Position numbers and translations under genes: made by a program. Positions 9,801 to 18,837 of a DNA stretch of 64,000 nucleotides are shown piece after piece. Position 1 is the first letter of the stretch; the number at the start of each line of letters is the position of its first letter. This stretch comes from Rubripirellula sp. (GTDB lineage Bacteria; Planctomycetota; Planctomycetia; Pirellulales; Pirellulaceae). The stretch spans positions 4,416,001 through 4,480,000 of the forward strand of contig OZ244207.1 of NCBI GenBank assembly GCA_965216875.1, in the 5' to 3' direction. The notes beneath the pieces were generated by a model, which saw only the letters and a program-made list of their open reading frames with translations, was not told the origin of the DNA and did not search any database.

Positions 9801-10014
9801 GGGGCTGCTTGCCCACGACCTGCTGGATGGCGCCGGGCTGAGTTTCACCTGTACCAACTGCTTGTTGCACAGCCGGTGGTGACGCGTTCCCAGTGTCGTT
9901 TGCCGAAGCATTTCCTTCGGGTGGGGTGCCAACCGAAAGTGAAGCCATGAACAGAGCAGCAGGGACTGCCAGGAAGGACGAAGCCACTAAGACTCTGCGG
10001 TTGCCGCGTACCAT
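6898..10014 (-). CDS. Large exported protein with a long disordered N-terminus and C-terminal DUF11 (OmcB-like Ig) repeats
   Basis: Signal-like N-terminus from ATG 10014; repeated Y-x-I-x-V-x-N-x-G...A..V domains. Confidence 0.85.
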   Translation of the reverse strand: MVRGNRRVLVASSFLAVPAALFMASLSVGTPPEGNASANDTGNASPPAVQQAVGTGETQPGAIQQVVGKQPRSRTSSRPMGIFSGFGSSKESNKASSQTSQNRSNHNHSAQKKQPEKKDAPRGLLDGFFKKSTAKKSTSSNNKQTHNHKSQPSRAHSTHAHSSHKQSAAHHGRSDAENWDGIPYHNVSKNQNSRSNSSPISDPDQTEVASNGGTRIIRGGSSRTIDAKPASVRRQPTLAAKPSPSIAAPRPASKVPTLAAPIPSRPSVLSSGSSSSRRGDRRSIGGLDASELAAAGRASLTPVEDQSDDLVPKVSRRRIEVAKPEPKIAKKPAPTPAAAPEKVARKSLPKTESPALAPAPAATKEVAAAQPEQAPSTSLAAPKAQPTYNEPAVPTPQIAASAKPSTGTPSMSVGHRSGPPQAAFAPVDPKQSQFDAPAPQYDSSAPVGSGIALPSTQAESNVAQLQPPQQTAPNYDPYAATPATPQLGAPSPAPGRLSTTGQPIAAPAERVAQRPARPSVPTRENATVPMHAIRGNAAGSPAVTETADNFASSNFDARNQMRNNLGIQGASRVASELPGIRVVTNGPSAVMIRQTNPYEIIVENRGSIAAEGLMVRALVPDWAELKGQNSTRGNIEAQTQGTSKRLVWTIDQLPAGASERMSLQLRAERSGTYDLDVDWTLVPQKNIAKVQVHEPKLGLSIDGPDEVVFGKSQTYKVRVLNPGDGIAPNVVFTLSPNSATPQTQRIGDIPPGKEAQFEVELTAQDLGDLKIHGLASGDLELRAEAAKTIRVSSAKLEAVLTGPELRYQNTESAYNLQVQNTGSATSEKISASLRLPTGATYLGGIDGAQLRGQDLRWEIESLAPGATRSYQFRCNMDAPGQHQFAFQCRGSAAGKASVAIATRVESIADLVLSVSDPTAPAPIGSDVTYEIVVRNRGSKEATDVQTVAQFSHGIEPQRIEGQSGEVVTGQVLFDAIPRIAPGQEIRMRVIAKADRGGHHRFRTEVRAGDTVLVAEEATHYVSASSERVSRRSSDSSNK

Positions 10015-10248
10015 GCGTACATCTCGCGTGTGTGCGTGAAGAAAGGAATCTGTTTCAGCATCGGCCAGTACGGTTGTTCGCATTGAATCAAATTTGACGA
10101 TTACAACGATTCCACCGGGGGTAGGTGCGGTGGGATCGCTAGCCGCAACGCGATGGAGCTTGGGCAGTACCGGTGAGCCGCTGGCCGTGAGGCCTCGGGT
10201 CACAAGAACCGCACGCTATCGCGTTGCGGCTGATAACTGGAACTCGCC

Positions 10249-10271
10249 CACCTTCTGGCGAAGGTAGCTAC
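10249..10271. repeat. REP-like family R3 (CACCTTCTGGCGAAGGTAGCTAC)
   Basis: Identical copy at 55681-55703. Confidence 0.8.
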
Positions 10272-10395
10272 GGCTGGCTAGGGGCGAACAACAAAGCGGA
10301 GACAGCCACAGCCCTCCCGAGGTGGATGGCAAAATGCTAGAGTCACAGCTTTGCCCAAACTGCCAAAGCCAAGAAACGAAGACTGGCAAATACCG

Positions 10396-10719
10396 ATGAG
10401 CCGTAGAGAAAAGATCGAAGCGATGTTGGCCGATGATCCAACCGACACCTTCTTGCGTTATAGCCTGGCGATGGAATATCGCAGTGAGGGCAATCACGAG
10501 GAAAGCTTGAGTCGCCTTACCGATCTCACCAAAGACACGCCTCCCTACATTCCCGCCTTTTTCATGGCTGGCCAGCAACTGGTTGATCTCGATCGCATCG
10601 ACGAAGCAAGACAGTTCCTTCGTGATGGAATCGATCAGGCGCGCGAGCAGGGCGACGCGCACGCCGCTGCAGAAATGAGCGAACTGTTGACAACCCTCGG
10701 CGAAATGGGCGAACTGTAG
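10396..10719 (+). CDS. Tetratricopeptide repeat protein
   Basis: DPTDTFLRYSLAMEY and YIPAFFMAGQ...DEARQFLRDGI TPR helices. Confidence 0.85.
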   Translation: MSRREKIEAMLADDPTDTFLRYSLAMEYRSEGNHEESLSRLTDLTKDTPPYIPAFFMAGQQLVDLDRIDEARQFLRDGIDQAREQGDAHAAAEMSELLTTLGEMGEL

Positions 10720-10811
10720 AGCAAGCCAGCGCTGTGAAACGATTCAGTTTCACGGTGCGTTCTTTGTGCCGCCCATCGGCCCTTTCAACAAATTCCAGGT
10801 GGCCGCCCGCG

Positions 10812-11570
10812 ATGGATTCGTCAACTGCGATAGTGCTGCGAACGGTTGAATTTAGCGAAACCAGCCTCATCGTCACTTTGCTTTCACGCGACTTCGGCAA
10901 GGTGTCCGCATTGGCAAAAGGGGCGAGACGTCCCAAGGGGCCCTTCGAAGGATCGCTTGACCTACTTGCCGTCTGTCGTGTAGTCGTTCTTCGTAAGAGT
11001 TCCGATGCGCTCGACCTGCTGACCGAAGCGAAGTTACATCGCCGGTTTCGCGGGGGCGAAAAGTCTTTGGAACGACTGTACGGTGGGTATTACGTGGCCG
11101 AAATGCTACGTCTGCTGACCGACGATCACGACCCTCACCCAGATGTGTACGACTTGACACTCGAAACGCTCAATCAAATTGATGGCCAGGGCGACGTTGC
11201 TTCGTCGCTTGCCTATTTTGATTTGCAAGCGCTGCGAATGTTGGGACACGCAATGGGAACGGACTCGTGTACCAGCTGTGGCGGCACGGTCGCCGACACA
11301 GCTCGTCTTAGCTTTGCACTGTTGACCGGCGGAATCATCTGCTCGGCCTGCAGAGCAAAACAACGACAAATCATCAGCGTTCGTAGAGAGGTGTTGGATG
11401 AGATCAAGCGATTGATCAGCCCCTCCACACAACTGCCGACACGAGTTCCTCATCAGCTTTATGGCGAACTTCGTGCGGTCCTGAACCGATACATACAATC
11501 ATTGCTGGGCAGCACTCCGAAAATGCAGCCCTTTTTGCCAAATGCGCCAAGGATGGAACCGACCGCATGA
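10812..11570 (+). CDS. recO: DNA repair protein RecO
   Basis: AIVLRTVEFSETSLIVTLLSRDFGKVSALAKGARR; CxxC...CxxC zinc finger. Confidence 0.95.
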   Translation: MDSSTAIVLRTVEFSETSLIVTLLSRDFGKVSALAKGARRPKGPFEGSLDLLAVCRVVVLRKSSDALDLLTEAKLHRRFRGGEKSLERLYGGYYVAEMLRLLTDDHDPHPDVYDLTLETLNQIDGQGDVASSLAYFDLQALRMLGHAMGTDSCTSCGGTVADTARLSFALLTGGIICSACRAKQRQIISVRREVLDEIKRLISPSTQLPTRVPHQLYGELRAVLNRYIQSLLGSTPKMQPFLPNAPRMEPTA

Positions 11571-12889
11571 CGCGACCTATTCGACAACCATGGATCACAG
11601 CGTCGACGATCTGCGCAGCCGCTTTGCTATCAGGCTGCCAAACGATCGCGCAAACTCCCCCTGCCGCCACACCGCCGACCACGCCAAGCGTCGTGCCGGT
11701 CTCGGCGACCAGTCCGATCACGGGCGAGACGCCCCCAGCGGAAGCAACCAGCCCAGTTGCGGAAGTTCCCAAAGCGACCAACGCGTTTGAAAAAACGCAG
11801 AAGACGGCCGACTCGATGCTGAGGTTCGTCACTGGACGAAAACAAGAATCGGCCAGCAACGCGAAAGAGTTCTACCAGCAAGGCCACAACCTGTTCTTGC
11901 AAGCCAAAGAACAGTCCGCCGAAGAAAACAAAAAGACATTCCGCGCGGCCGCAAAGGCATTTCGCAATGCGGCCGAAGCGGCACCAGGCTCGGCGCTCGA
12001 GCAGGACTCGCTTTACATGCAAGGCGAAGCCCTGTTTTTTGCCGACCGCCTGAACGATGCCACCGAGGTCTATCAACAACTGCAAAAGGATTACCCGCGC
12101 AGTCGCCACACCGACCGAGTCGCGTCGCGTTTGTTTACGATCAGCCGCTATTGGATCGACACTGAAAAGGCGAACAAAGACAGCTGGTTCAAGTTCAACT
12201 TGACCGACCCCAAGCGTCCTCGCGTTGACGTTGATGGCCACGCAATCCGCGTGCTCGATCAAATTCGCTACGACGATCCGACTGGTCGGCTCGCGGATGA
12301 TGCGACGATGGCGGCAGCCGCCGAGTACATTCGCCAAGAAAAGTTTGAAGAGGCCGACGGCTTCCTGACCGACCTTCGAGAGACCTTTACCGACAGCGAT
12401 CACTTTTTCCTCGCCCACCTGCTGGGGATTCAGTGCAAGCTCGAGATCTACGAAGGGCCTCGTTACAGTGGGCTCGTCTTGGAAGAAGCACAAAAGCTTG
12501 TCGAACAAACGCGGCAACGGTTTCCACGCCGCATGCGGGAAGAAAAGTACCGAGACATCGTTGCAAAGTCCGCTGCCGAGATTGGGTATCGACAAGCTGA
12601 ACGCTGGGTCGTCCGCGCCGACTATCGCGAAAAACGAAAAGAGTTTGGTGCCGCTCGGTTCTGCTACCAGAAACTCTTGGAACTGCATCCTCAGACGCCA
12701 CAAGCTGACAAAGCGCGCGAGCGATTGGCAGCCATCGAAGCTTACCCAGCGATCCCGACGCGTCGACTTGCTTGGTTGACCAAGGTCTTTCCCGAATCGC
12801 GGCGTTCCGATCCGTTGGAAACCGTCGATGCGGTCAACGGCACCGACCAACCTCAGGATGAACAACAACCACAAACGATCCTTCGCTAG
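11567..12889 (+). CDS. TPR lipoprotein, BamD/YfiO-like outer membrane assembly factor
   Basis: Lipobox LLSGC; TPR helices; immediately upstream of lptE. Confidence 0.75.
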   Translation: MTRPIRQPWITASTICAAALLSGCQTIAQTPPAATPPTTPSVVPVSATSPITGETPPAEATSPVAEVPKATNAFEKTQKTADSMLRFVTGRKQESASNAKEFYQQGHNLFLQAKEQSAEENKKTFRAAAKAFRNAAEAAPGSALEQDSLYMQGEALFFADRLNDATEVYQQLQKDYPRSRHTDRVASRLFTISRYWIDTEKANKDSWFKFNLTDPKRPRVDVDGHAIRVLDQIRYDDPTGRLADDATMAAAAEYIRQEKFEEADGFLTDLRETFTDSDHFFLAHLLGIQCKLEIYEGPRYSGLVLEEAQKLVEQTRQRFPRRMREEKYRDIVAKSAAEIGYRQAERWVVRADYREKRKEFGAARFCYQKLLELHPQTPQADKARERLAAIEAYPAIPTRRLAWLTKVFPESRRSDPLETVDAVNGTDQPQDEQQPQTILR

Positions 12890-12897
12890 GTGGTTGG

Positions 12898-13470
12898 TTG
12901 GAAGTGAGTGGTTTGGTGAACACGATTTACCGAAAAACGCTTTGCGCCCCGATGGCTTTCGCCGTCACGATTGCGTTGCTGCTTTGCACGGCCACTGGGT
13001 GTGCGCGTTATCAATTTGGCTCACAGTCGCTGTACCGTTCCGACATCCGCACGGTCCACGTTCCGATCGTTCAAAACGATACGTTTCGCCACGACCTTGG
13101 AACACGCCTGACCGAAGCTTTGGTCCGCGCGATCGAACGACGCTCGCCCTACAATGTGACCGGCGACCCCTACGCCGATAGCACGCTCAAGTGCCGCATC
13201 GTCGCCGAGTCGAAAAGCGTACTGACGGAAACGAACACGGATGACCCTCGAGCGCTCGACGCGGCACTCACCGTCCGCGCCGATTGGATGAGTCGCAATG
13301 GCGAATACTTGATGCAAAACGCCGTCGCCAACGCAGACGATCCAACGATCAACTTTGGGATCGACGCCCGTTTTGTTCCCGAAGCAGGCCAATCGATCGA
13401 CTCGGCAACCCAGGACGCAATCGAACAACTCGCCGAACGCATCGTTTCGCAAATGGAAATGCGCTGGTGA
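12898..13470 (+). CDS. lptE: LPS assembly lipoprotein LptE family
   Basis: Lipobox ATGC, RTVHVPIVQNDTFR..L...LTEAL, and C-terminal LAERIVSQM..W. Confidence 0.8.
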   Translation: MEVSGLVNTIYRKTLCAPMAFAVTIALLLCTATGCARYQFGSQSLYRSDIRTVHVPIVQNDTFRHDLGTRLTEALVRAIERRSPYNVTGDPYADSTLKCRIVAESKSVLTETNTDDPRALDAALTVRADWMSRNGEYLMQNAVANADDPTINFGIDARFVPEAGQSIDSATQDAIEQLAERIVSQMEMRW

Positions 13471-14312
13471 TCACTCATTGGGACCTCGGACGTCGCAAAC
13501 TCTCTTTCCAGCGAAAACCTCTGGTGATGGGCATCCTGAATGTCACACCCGACAGCTTCTCTGACGGTGGTAAGCACAACGATCCTACCACCGCGATCAA
13601 TGTCGCCTTGCAAATGGAACAAGACGGTGCAGACATCATCGACATTGGTGGTGAAAGCACCCGGCCCTACAGCGATCCTGTCGCAGTCGACGACGAACTC
13701 GCTCGCGTGATCCCCGTCATCGACGGGCTCGCTGGCAAACTCTCGATTCCGATCAGCATCGACACGACCAAGGCTGCCGTCGCCAAAGCCTCGGTGGATG
13801 CCGGCGCCGAAATCATCAACGACATCAGTGGTCTCGAAGGCGATCCACAAATGCCTGAAACGGCCGTCGCTTCGGGCGTCGGCATTTGCGTGATGCACAT
13901 GAAGGGTACGCCGCAAACGATGCAGGATGACCCGACCTATAAAGATGTCGTGTCCGAAATCCACAGTTATCTGATTGCTCGCCGGGATCATTGCCTTTCG
14001 CTCGGCATTCCCAAAGAGCGTCTTTGCCTCGATCCAGGAATTGGTTTCGGCAAGACACACGAGCACAACGTGGAACTGTTGAAAGCCACTGGCCAGTTCT
14101 GCCAGCTCGATTGCCCGATCCTTATCGGTCATTCAAGAAAAGGCTTCATCGGCAAATTGATCGGCGACAAAGAAGCTGACCGAATGGCCGGAACCCTCGG
14201 CGTCTCACTTGCCGTCGCTGCCGCGGGAGCGCACGTGATCCGAGTTCACGACGTCCCCGAAACCGTGCAAGCACTCAAACTCTTCGCCGCTGCCGGCGGC
14301 CTGGAAGCGTGA
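13467..14312 (+). CDS. folP: Dihydropteroate synthase
   Basis: MGILNVTPDSFSDGG, DIGGESTRP, DPGIGFGK, SRKGF and IRVHDV motifs. Confidence 0.97.
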   Translation: MITHWDLGRRKLSFQRKPLVMGILNVTPDSFSDGGKHNDPTTAINVALQMEQDGADIIDIGGESTRPYSDPVAVDDELARVIPVIDGLAGKLSIPISIDTTKAAVAKASVDAGAEIINDISGLEGDPQMPETAVASGVGICVMHMKGTPQTMQDDPTYKDVVSEIHSYLIARRDHCLSLGIPKERLCLDPGIGFGKTHEHNVELLKATGQFCQLDCPILIGHSRKGFIGKLIGDKEADRMAGTLGVSLAVAAAGAHVIRVHDVPETVQALKLFAAAGGLEA

Positions 14313-14328
14313 TCCGACGGCTGTTTCA

Positions 14329-14487
14329 GTGAGCCGAACGCTAGCGTTGCAGGTTGCAATCGCGTTTGCGGTCTAAACACTCTCCCTTGGGAGAGTCGGG
14401 CTCTAAGGCCCGGAGAGGGGCTGTTTCGGAACGATTGTTCCCTCCCCGGGCCTTAGAGACCGACCCTCCCGCAAGCGGGAGGGTGTT
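14329..14487. repeat. Degenerate R2 REP plus CACTCTCCC..GGGAGAG / CCCTCCC..GGGAGGGTG paired palindromes
   Basis: Nested inverted repeats between convergent folP and the sulfatase. Confidence 0.65.
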
Positions 14488-14550
14488 ATTGGAACGCACG
14501 CTAACTCGGGCAAGCGCTTCACCACATGGCGATGTAACTCTCCATCAACC

Positions 14551-16056
14551 CTACTTGCCTTCGGCGGCCCATTTCTTCATTTGAGCAATGTTCGTTTCGA
14601 GAACCTTGACTCGATCGGGCGTCTGTTTGCGTTTAACACCTTCCAAATAGACGGCCATGTCACTGTCGAACATTTCCTCCGATTCGGGCTCCGTGCCCTG
14701 GTCGCCCGTGGTTTCTTCCCACCACTGCAAACGCTGCCTCATTTCCTTCAAGACCAAAAGGAAGTCGGGCGAGTCAGCGAGATTGTGAATCTCATGTGGG
14801 TCCGCGTTCAGGTCATAGAGTTCCTCTGGGGGGCGCTGCGGAGCGAGCAATTTCGCTTGGATTTCATCGAGCCGCCCCTCTTTGCCAGCCTTTCGAATCG
14901 CCGCGACGATTGCCTTTTTGTCTTTGTAGGCGTTCGGCTGCAAATGCGGCCGCTGGTGCAAGTAGTTGCGAATGTACTTGAATTCGTGGGAACGAACGCT
15001 GCGCAAATGTTCGACCGTTTCATCACATCGATCGCGAGCGGCATAGACGGCGTCGCGCGGCTGGTAGTCCGTTGCCAAAATATCTTTGGCCTGCATCGAC
15101 TCAGGGATCTCGATCCCGGCGGCTGCCAACGACAGCGCCGCGATGTCGATGTGTTCGACCAGATCATCACGACGGGTATCGACATCGACCGACGGCCCCG
15201 CGATCACAAGTGGAACGTGCAGCCCCTCGTCGTACATGAACTGTTTGCCACGCGCGTGTGAGATCCCATGATCGGTCATGAAAAGCACGATCGTGTTTTC
15301 GAGATCGCCTTCACGGGTGAGTTTTTCAATCACCTGGCCAACCATCACGTCCGTTTCGCGAACGGTGTCGAGGTAGGCGGCCCAATCCGTAAGCAACACG
15401 GGATCGTTTGGATAGTAGGGCGGCAGCGTGACCTGATCAGGCATCGTCCGCTTGCCGAATAACTTCTCCGCTCGCTGCCCCGTCCGCTCGAAAGACTTCA
15501 AATCGGCGCCACGAAGTTTGCCGCCAGGTGTTTGAATCTGTGCGAAAAAGGGCTGACCCTGCTCGCGGTCTGCCCAATCCACGCCGTCATACATCTTCTC
15601 GTCCCACTCGAAGTTGTAGTCGGTCTTGCCTTTCCTTCCCGGTCGGATCGGCCAGCCAGTAATGGACGTGTAGTAACCGGCCTCTTGGAACAACTCGGGA
15701 ATCGGCCGAACATTGTCAGGCAAATTGATCTTTAACTCACCGCGACCACTGCGATGATGATGGGCACCAATCGATGTCTGGTACATGCCCGTGATGAAGG
15801 CCGACCGGCACGTCGAACAAACCGGTGCGGTGACATAAGCGTTTGAAAAAAGCGTACCCCGCTTGGCAAGCGCATCGACGTTCGGCGTCGCGACGACCGT
15901 TTCGCCATAGCATGAAAAGTTCGCCGACATGTCATCGACAATGATCCAAAGCACGTTCGGCCGCGAGGGATCCGTGCTTTGAGCAGGTAGCTTCGCGGCA
16001 CAACAACAAAGGACGGTAGCAAGAACGACCAGGGCAGAGGTGAGCGGGCGTGACAT
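14551..16056 (-). CDS. Sulfatase (formylglycine-dependent), exported
   Basis: RPNVLWIIVDD, CSTCRSAFITG (CxxxR motif), TDHG and EELYDLNADPHE. Confidence 0.95.
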   Translation of the reverse strand: MSRPLTSALVVLATVLCCCAAKLPAQSTDPSRPNVLWIIVDDMSANFSCYGETVVATPNVDALAKRGTLFSNAYVTAPVCSTCRSAFITGMYQTSIGAHHHRSGRGELKINLPDNVRPIPELFQEAGYYTSITGWPIRPGRKGKTDYNFEWDEKMYDGVDWADREQGQPFFAQIQTPGGKLRGADLKSFERTGQRAEKLFGKRTMPDQVTLPPYYPNDPVLLTDWAAYLDTVRETDVMVGQVIEKLTREGDLENTIVLFMTDHGISHARGKQFMYDEGLHVPLVIAGPSVDVDTRRDDLVEHIDIAALSLAAAGIEIPESMQAKDILATDYQPRDAVYAARDRCDETVEHLRSVRSHEFKYIRNYLHQRPHLQPNAYKDKKAIVAAIRKAGKEGRLDEIQAKLLAPQRPPEELYDLNADPHEIHNLADSPDFLLVLKEMRQRLQWWEETTGDQGTEPESEEMFDSDMAVYLEGVKRKQTPDRVKVLETNIAQMKKWAAEGK

Positions 16057-16219
16057 GCGATTGAATTCTGGTTCTGGGCATCAGGTGGTGGCTTTCGAAG
16101 ACGGCCCGACATTGTAAACCAATCCTGACATCTTGCGCGCCCAGGCGTTGCCAGAGACGACCCAACCAACGCATCGCGTTCGCTTCAACCAGAAAGGTTG
16201 TCGAAGGGGTTTCGGCGAA

Positions 16220-17449
16220 TCAACCGCCCCAGGGCGTGTTGACCAAAATGCCAAAGTAGAGCCCGACGTCGGTTCGTTCGTCGAGACTTTCACGCGTTGA
16301 GATTCCGCCTTGAACGCCAAACTCCATGCCCACCCGAGTTCGATGATCAAGTCGGATGTCGCGAGTTTCGATCAATTCACGCGAGGGTCGGCCGAGTGGA
16401 AACTCGTAGCGGATTCCGGCCGAGAGGGTTGATACCGGCGCGCTGCCGTTTTCGGTCCCACCGTTGTTCAGCGCGGTGGTGATTCCCAACCCAACCGTGC
16501 CGCCAACGCGCCAACCAAGCGACGCAAGCGTGCCTCGTTTTCCAAACACATCTGCAAAGCGTTCACTGATCAGTGGCATCGGAAAATAGAGTTCGATCAC
16601 ATCAAGTGAAGCGAGAATCGCTCCGTCGTTGAACAAGTCGAACTCACCATCGTTGCTCCGCTTCAAGTCCATGAAGACGCGCGCTTTGGGCTGAAAGAAT
16701 CGCACCTCAGGCAGTCGCAGCATGCCGGGCTCGATCAGTTCTCCATCAAGGCTTGAAAGCTGAGAGTGAAAGATGATGTCGTCGGCGGGCACTTCGTAAC
16801 GAACCACCCGAATCTTCTTCGCCTCTTGGCGAGATTTGATCGGACTCCAAAACGTCTTCAATCGTTGCGTGATCGAATCGTCCGCCGCATTGGGATCAGG
16901 AACTTCGACAAGCTGTCCTTCGATCCCACGCTTCAAAAAGGCCTGATTCGTTGCCACGTCATCAAGCGGAACTTCATAACGCACAATCCGATTCGACTGT
17001 GAATGGGTTGTGAAGGCGGGAATGGGCTGCACTGCGCCGATTTCTTCCGCATCAAGTGCGGCGAACGCGTTCTGCACCGCCGAACTCGGGAAGGGCTCGC
17101 TTGGTTGGCGCGCTGGCGGCGAAACGTATTCGTCCATCGCACCGATCTGCAGAGGCTCGATCTGCAGAGGCTCACTGGACGCGGGCTCACTGGAGACGGG
17201 CTCGCTGGGGAAAGACAACGGGGCGGGCGTTTGCGACTGAGTCAACCACGCCGGCGGCGCTTCGGTCGAAGGCAGCCGTGTGACGCCTCCCTTGCGTTGA
17301 AGCGTTCCCGAATCAGGCATCGCTAAGTCGGGCATCGCCAATCCGCTCTCGACAAGACGATCCTGCGACTCCGCTTGGCGGCACATCAACATGGCGCACA
17401 GCGGGACTGCGAAGAGCGCAATTGCGGTCGTGGAGAACGTTGAACGCAT
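16220..17449 (-). CDS. Exported hypothetical protein with beta-strand-rich C-terminus
   Basis: 409 aa ORF with a signal peptide and short coding repeats (SEP/EPLQI). Confidence 0.7.
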   Translation of the reverse strand: MRSTFSTTAIALFAVPLCAMLMCRQAESQDRLVESGLAMPDLAMPDSGTLQRKGGVTRLPSTEAPPAWLTQSQTPAPLSFPSEPVSSEPASSEPLQIEPLQIGAMDEYVSPPARQPSEPFPSSAVQNAFAALDAEEIGAVQPIPAFTTHSQSNRIVRYEVPLDDVATNQAFLKRGIEGQLVEVPDPNAADDSITQRLKTFWSPIKSRQEAKKIRVVRYEVPADDIIFHSQLSSLDGELIEPGMLRLPEVRFFQPKARVFMDLKRSNDGEFDLFNDGAILASLDVIELYFPMPLISERFADVFGKRGTLASLGWRVGGTVGLGITTALNNGGTENGSAPVSTLSAGIRYEFPLGRPSRELIETRDIRLDHRTRVGMEFGVQGGISTRESLDERTDVGLYFGILVNTPWGG

Positions 17450-17695
17450 GGAGAATCAATCAAGACTCGCGGGACACCATCACGTGCTGCGAAGAGTACG
17501 TGAAACCGACGGCAAATCGCAAGAGAACTCCGCCATTGACGCTTGTGAGAACGATTCACACACGGCAACCGGCCGCGATTCGTATTGTTCTCGTCAGGTG
17601 CTTTCGCTAACAATCCGCTTTCCCGACTTCTCCTAACTGACCCGCGTTGCCCTTTTTTCACAACAACGTGTTTCCCCAATCGAATTGTGAATGTT

Positions 17696-18694
17696 ATGCA
17701 AGCAAATCGTCTTCCTTTCGTCGCTGCGATCGTTACCGCCTTTGTCTTGATCAGCAGTGCAACGGCGCTGGCCCAGCCGAACGCGATCGACACAGAACTG
17801 GAACGTCTTCGTGGGCATTGGCAAGTTGTCGAGATGATCGACGATGGCAACGGGATTCCCGAAAACCAAATGCAGCAGTGGCTACCTGGGGGCGGCGTTT
17901 TCGAGATCGTTGACTACACGATCCTTTTCCAGTCGCCGATCGATGGCAGCAAGACGACCAAGACCTTCCGACTTGATCCAACTTCGTACCCCAAGCGAAT
18001 CGCCATTCTTGAGCGTGACACAACCAAGGGGATGGGGATCTACAAGTATGACCAGGGCAAACTTGTGGTTTGTATCGCACGTGGATCGGCCAAGAGTCCG
18101 AACGACTTCAGTGCAACACAAGGTTCCAACCGCACGCTGCTGGTGATGGAACGCTTTGAACCGGGCCGCAGCGTTCCGGGACTCAATGCCGCGCTGCCAC
18201 AACAGGCACCGGTCGAGATGAAGGCTCCCGTTGTTCCGCAGCCACAACTTCCTCCACCGCCCCAACCCGAACCGATTGCTGTTTCGCGCCAGCCCCTTCC
18301 TCAACAGGCACCGCAACCGAGCCCAGCCGTGATCGCTGCCGGGGAAGCAAGTCGAATCTTGACGGACGATGACGTTCGCAACATGACCTTTGGCCGCTGG
18401 CGAATGAACGACACCGAAGGATCGATCGACATCGTCTTTGACCCCAACGGGACGTTCCAAACCTACCGTTACTATCGCACGCTTGCCAATTTCCAATTCG
18501 TCTTTGTGCCCACTCCGATCTCAACAGGCAATTGGTCGATCGTTGATGGTCGGCTGATCGCAAACGTGACCGCCTCGACACGTCGCCAGAACGTCAACCA
18601 ATCGTTCGTGCCTGCGGTTCGCTCGATTTCGAACACCGACATGATCTTGGTCGACCACCTTGGCCGCGTTTCGCGTGCCGTGAAAATGCGGTAA
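17696..18694 (+). CDS. TIGR03067 (planctomycete) domain-containing exported protein
   Basis: ELERLRGHWQVVEM..DG, FRLDPTSYPKRI and GIYKYDQGKLVVC. Confidence 0.85.
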   Translation: MQANRLPFVAAIVTAFVLISSATALAQPNAIDTELERLRGHWQVVEMIDDGNGIPENQMQQWLPGGGVFEIVDYTILFQSPIDGSKTTKTFRLDPTSYPKRIAILERDTTKGMGIYKYDQGKLVVCIARGSAKSPNDFSATQGSNRTLLVMERFEPGRSVPGLNAALPQQAPVEMKAPVVPQPQLPPPPQPEPIAVSRQPLPQQAPQPSPAVIAAGEASRILTDDDVRNMTFGRWRMNDTEGSIDIVFDPNGTFQTYRYYRTLANFQFVFVPTPISTGNWSIVDGRLIANVTASTRRQNVNQSFVPAVRSISNTDMILVDHLGRVSRAVKMR

Positions 18695-18837
18695 TCGCGG
18701 TCTTCGCGACACCGACCAATCCAAGCTTTTTCGACAACCTCGTGAAACCTTCGTATACAATTGGCATCTAAGTCCCTAGGTGGGTAGGCAAACCGCCAGG
18801 ACGCTTTTTATCGATTGTTTTATGAGGTTCATTGGGC

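Noticed and set aside
6898..10203. Longest-ORF start at 10203 for the DUF11 protein
   Set aside because: The signal-peptide-like sequence begins at ATG 10014; the upstream extension looks non-coding.
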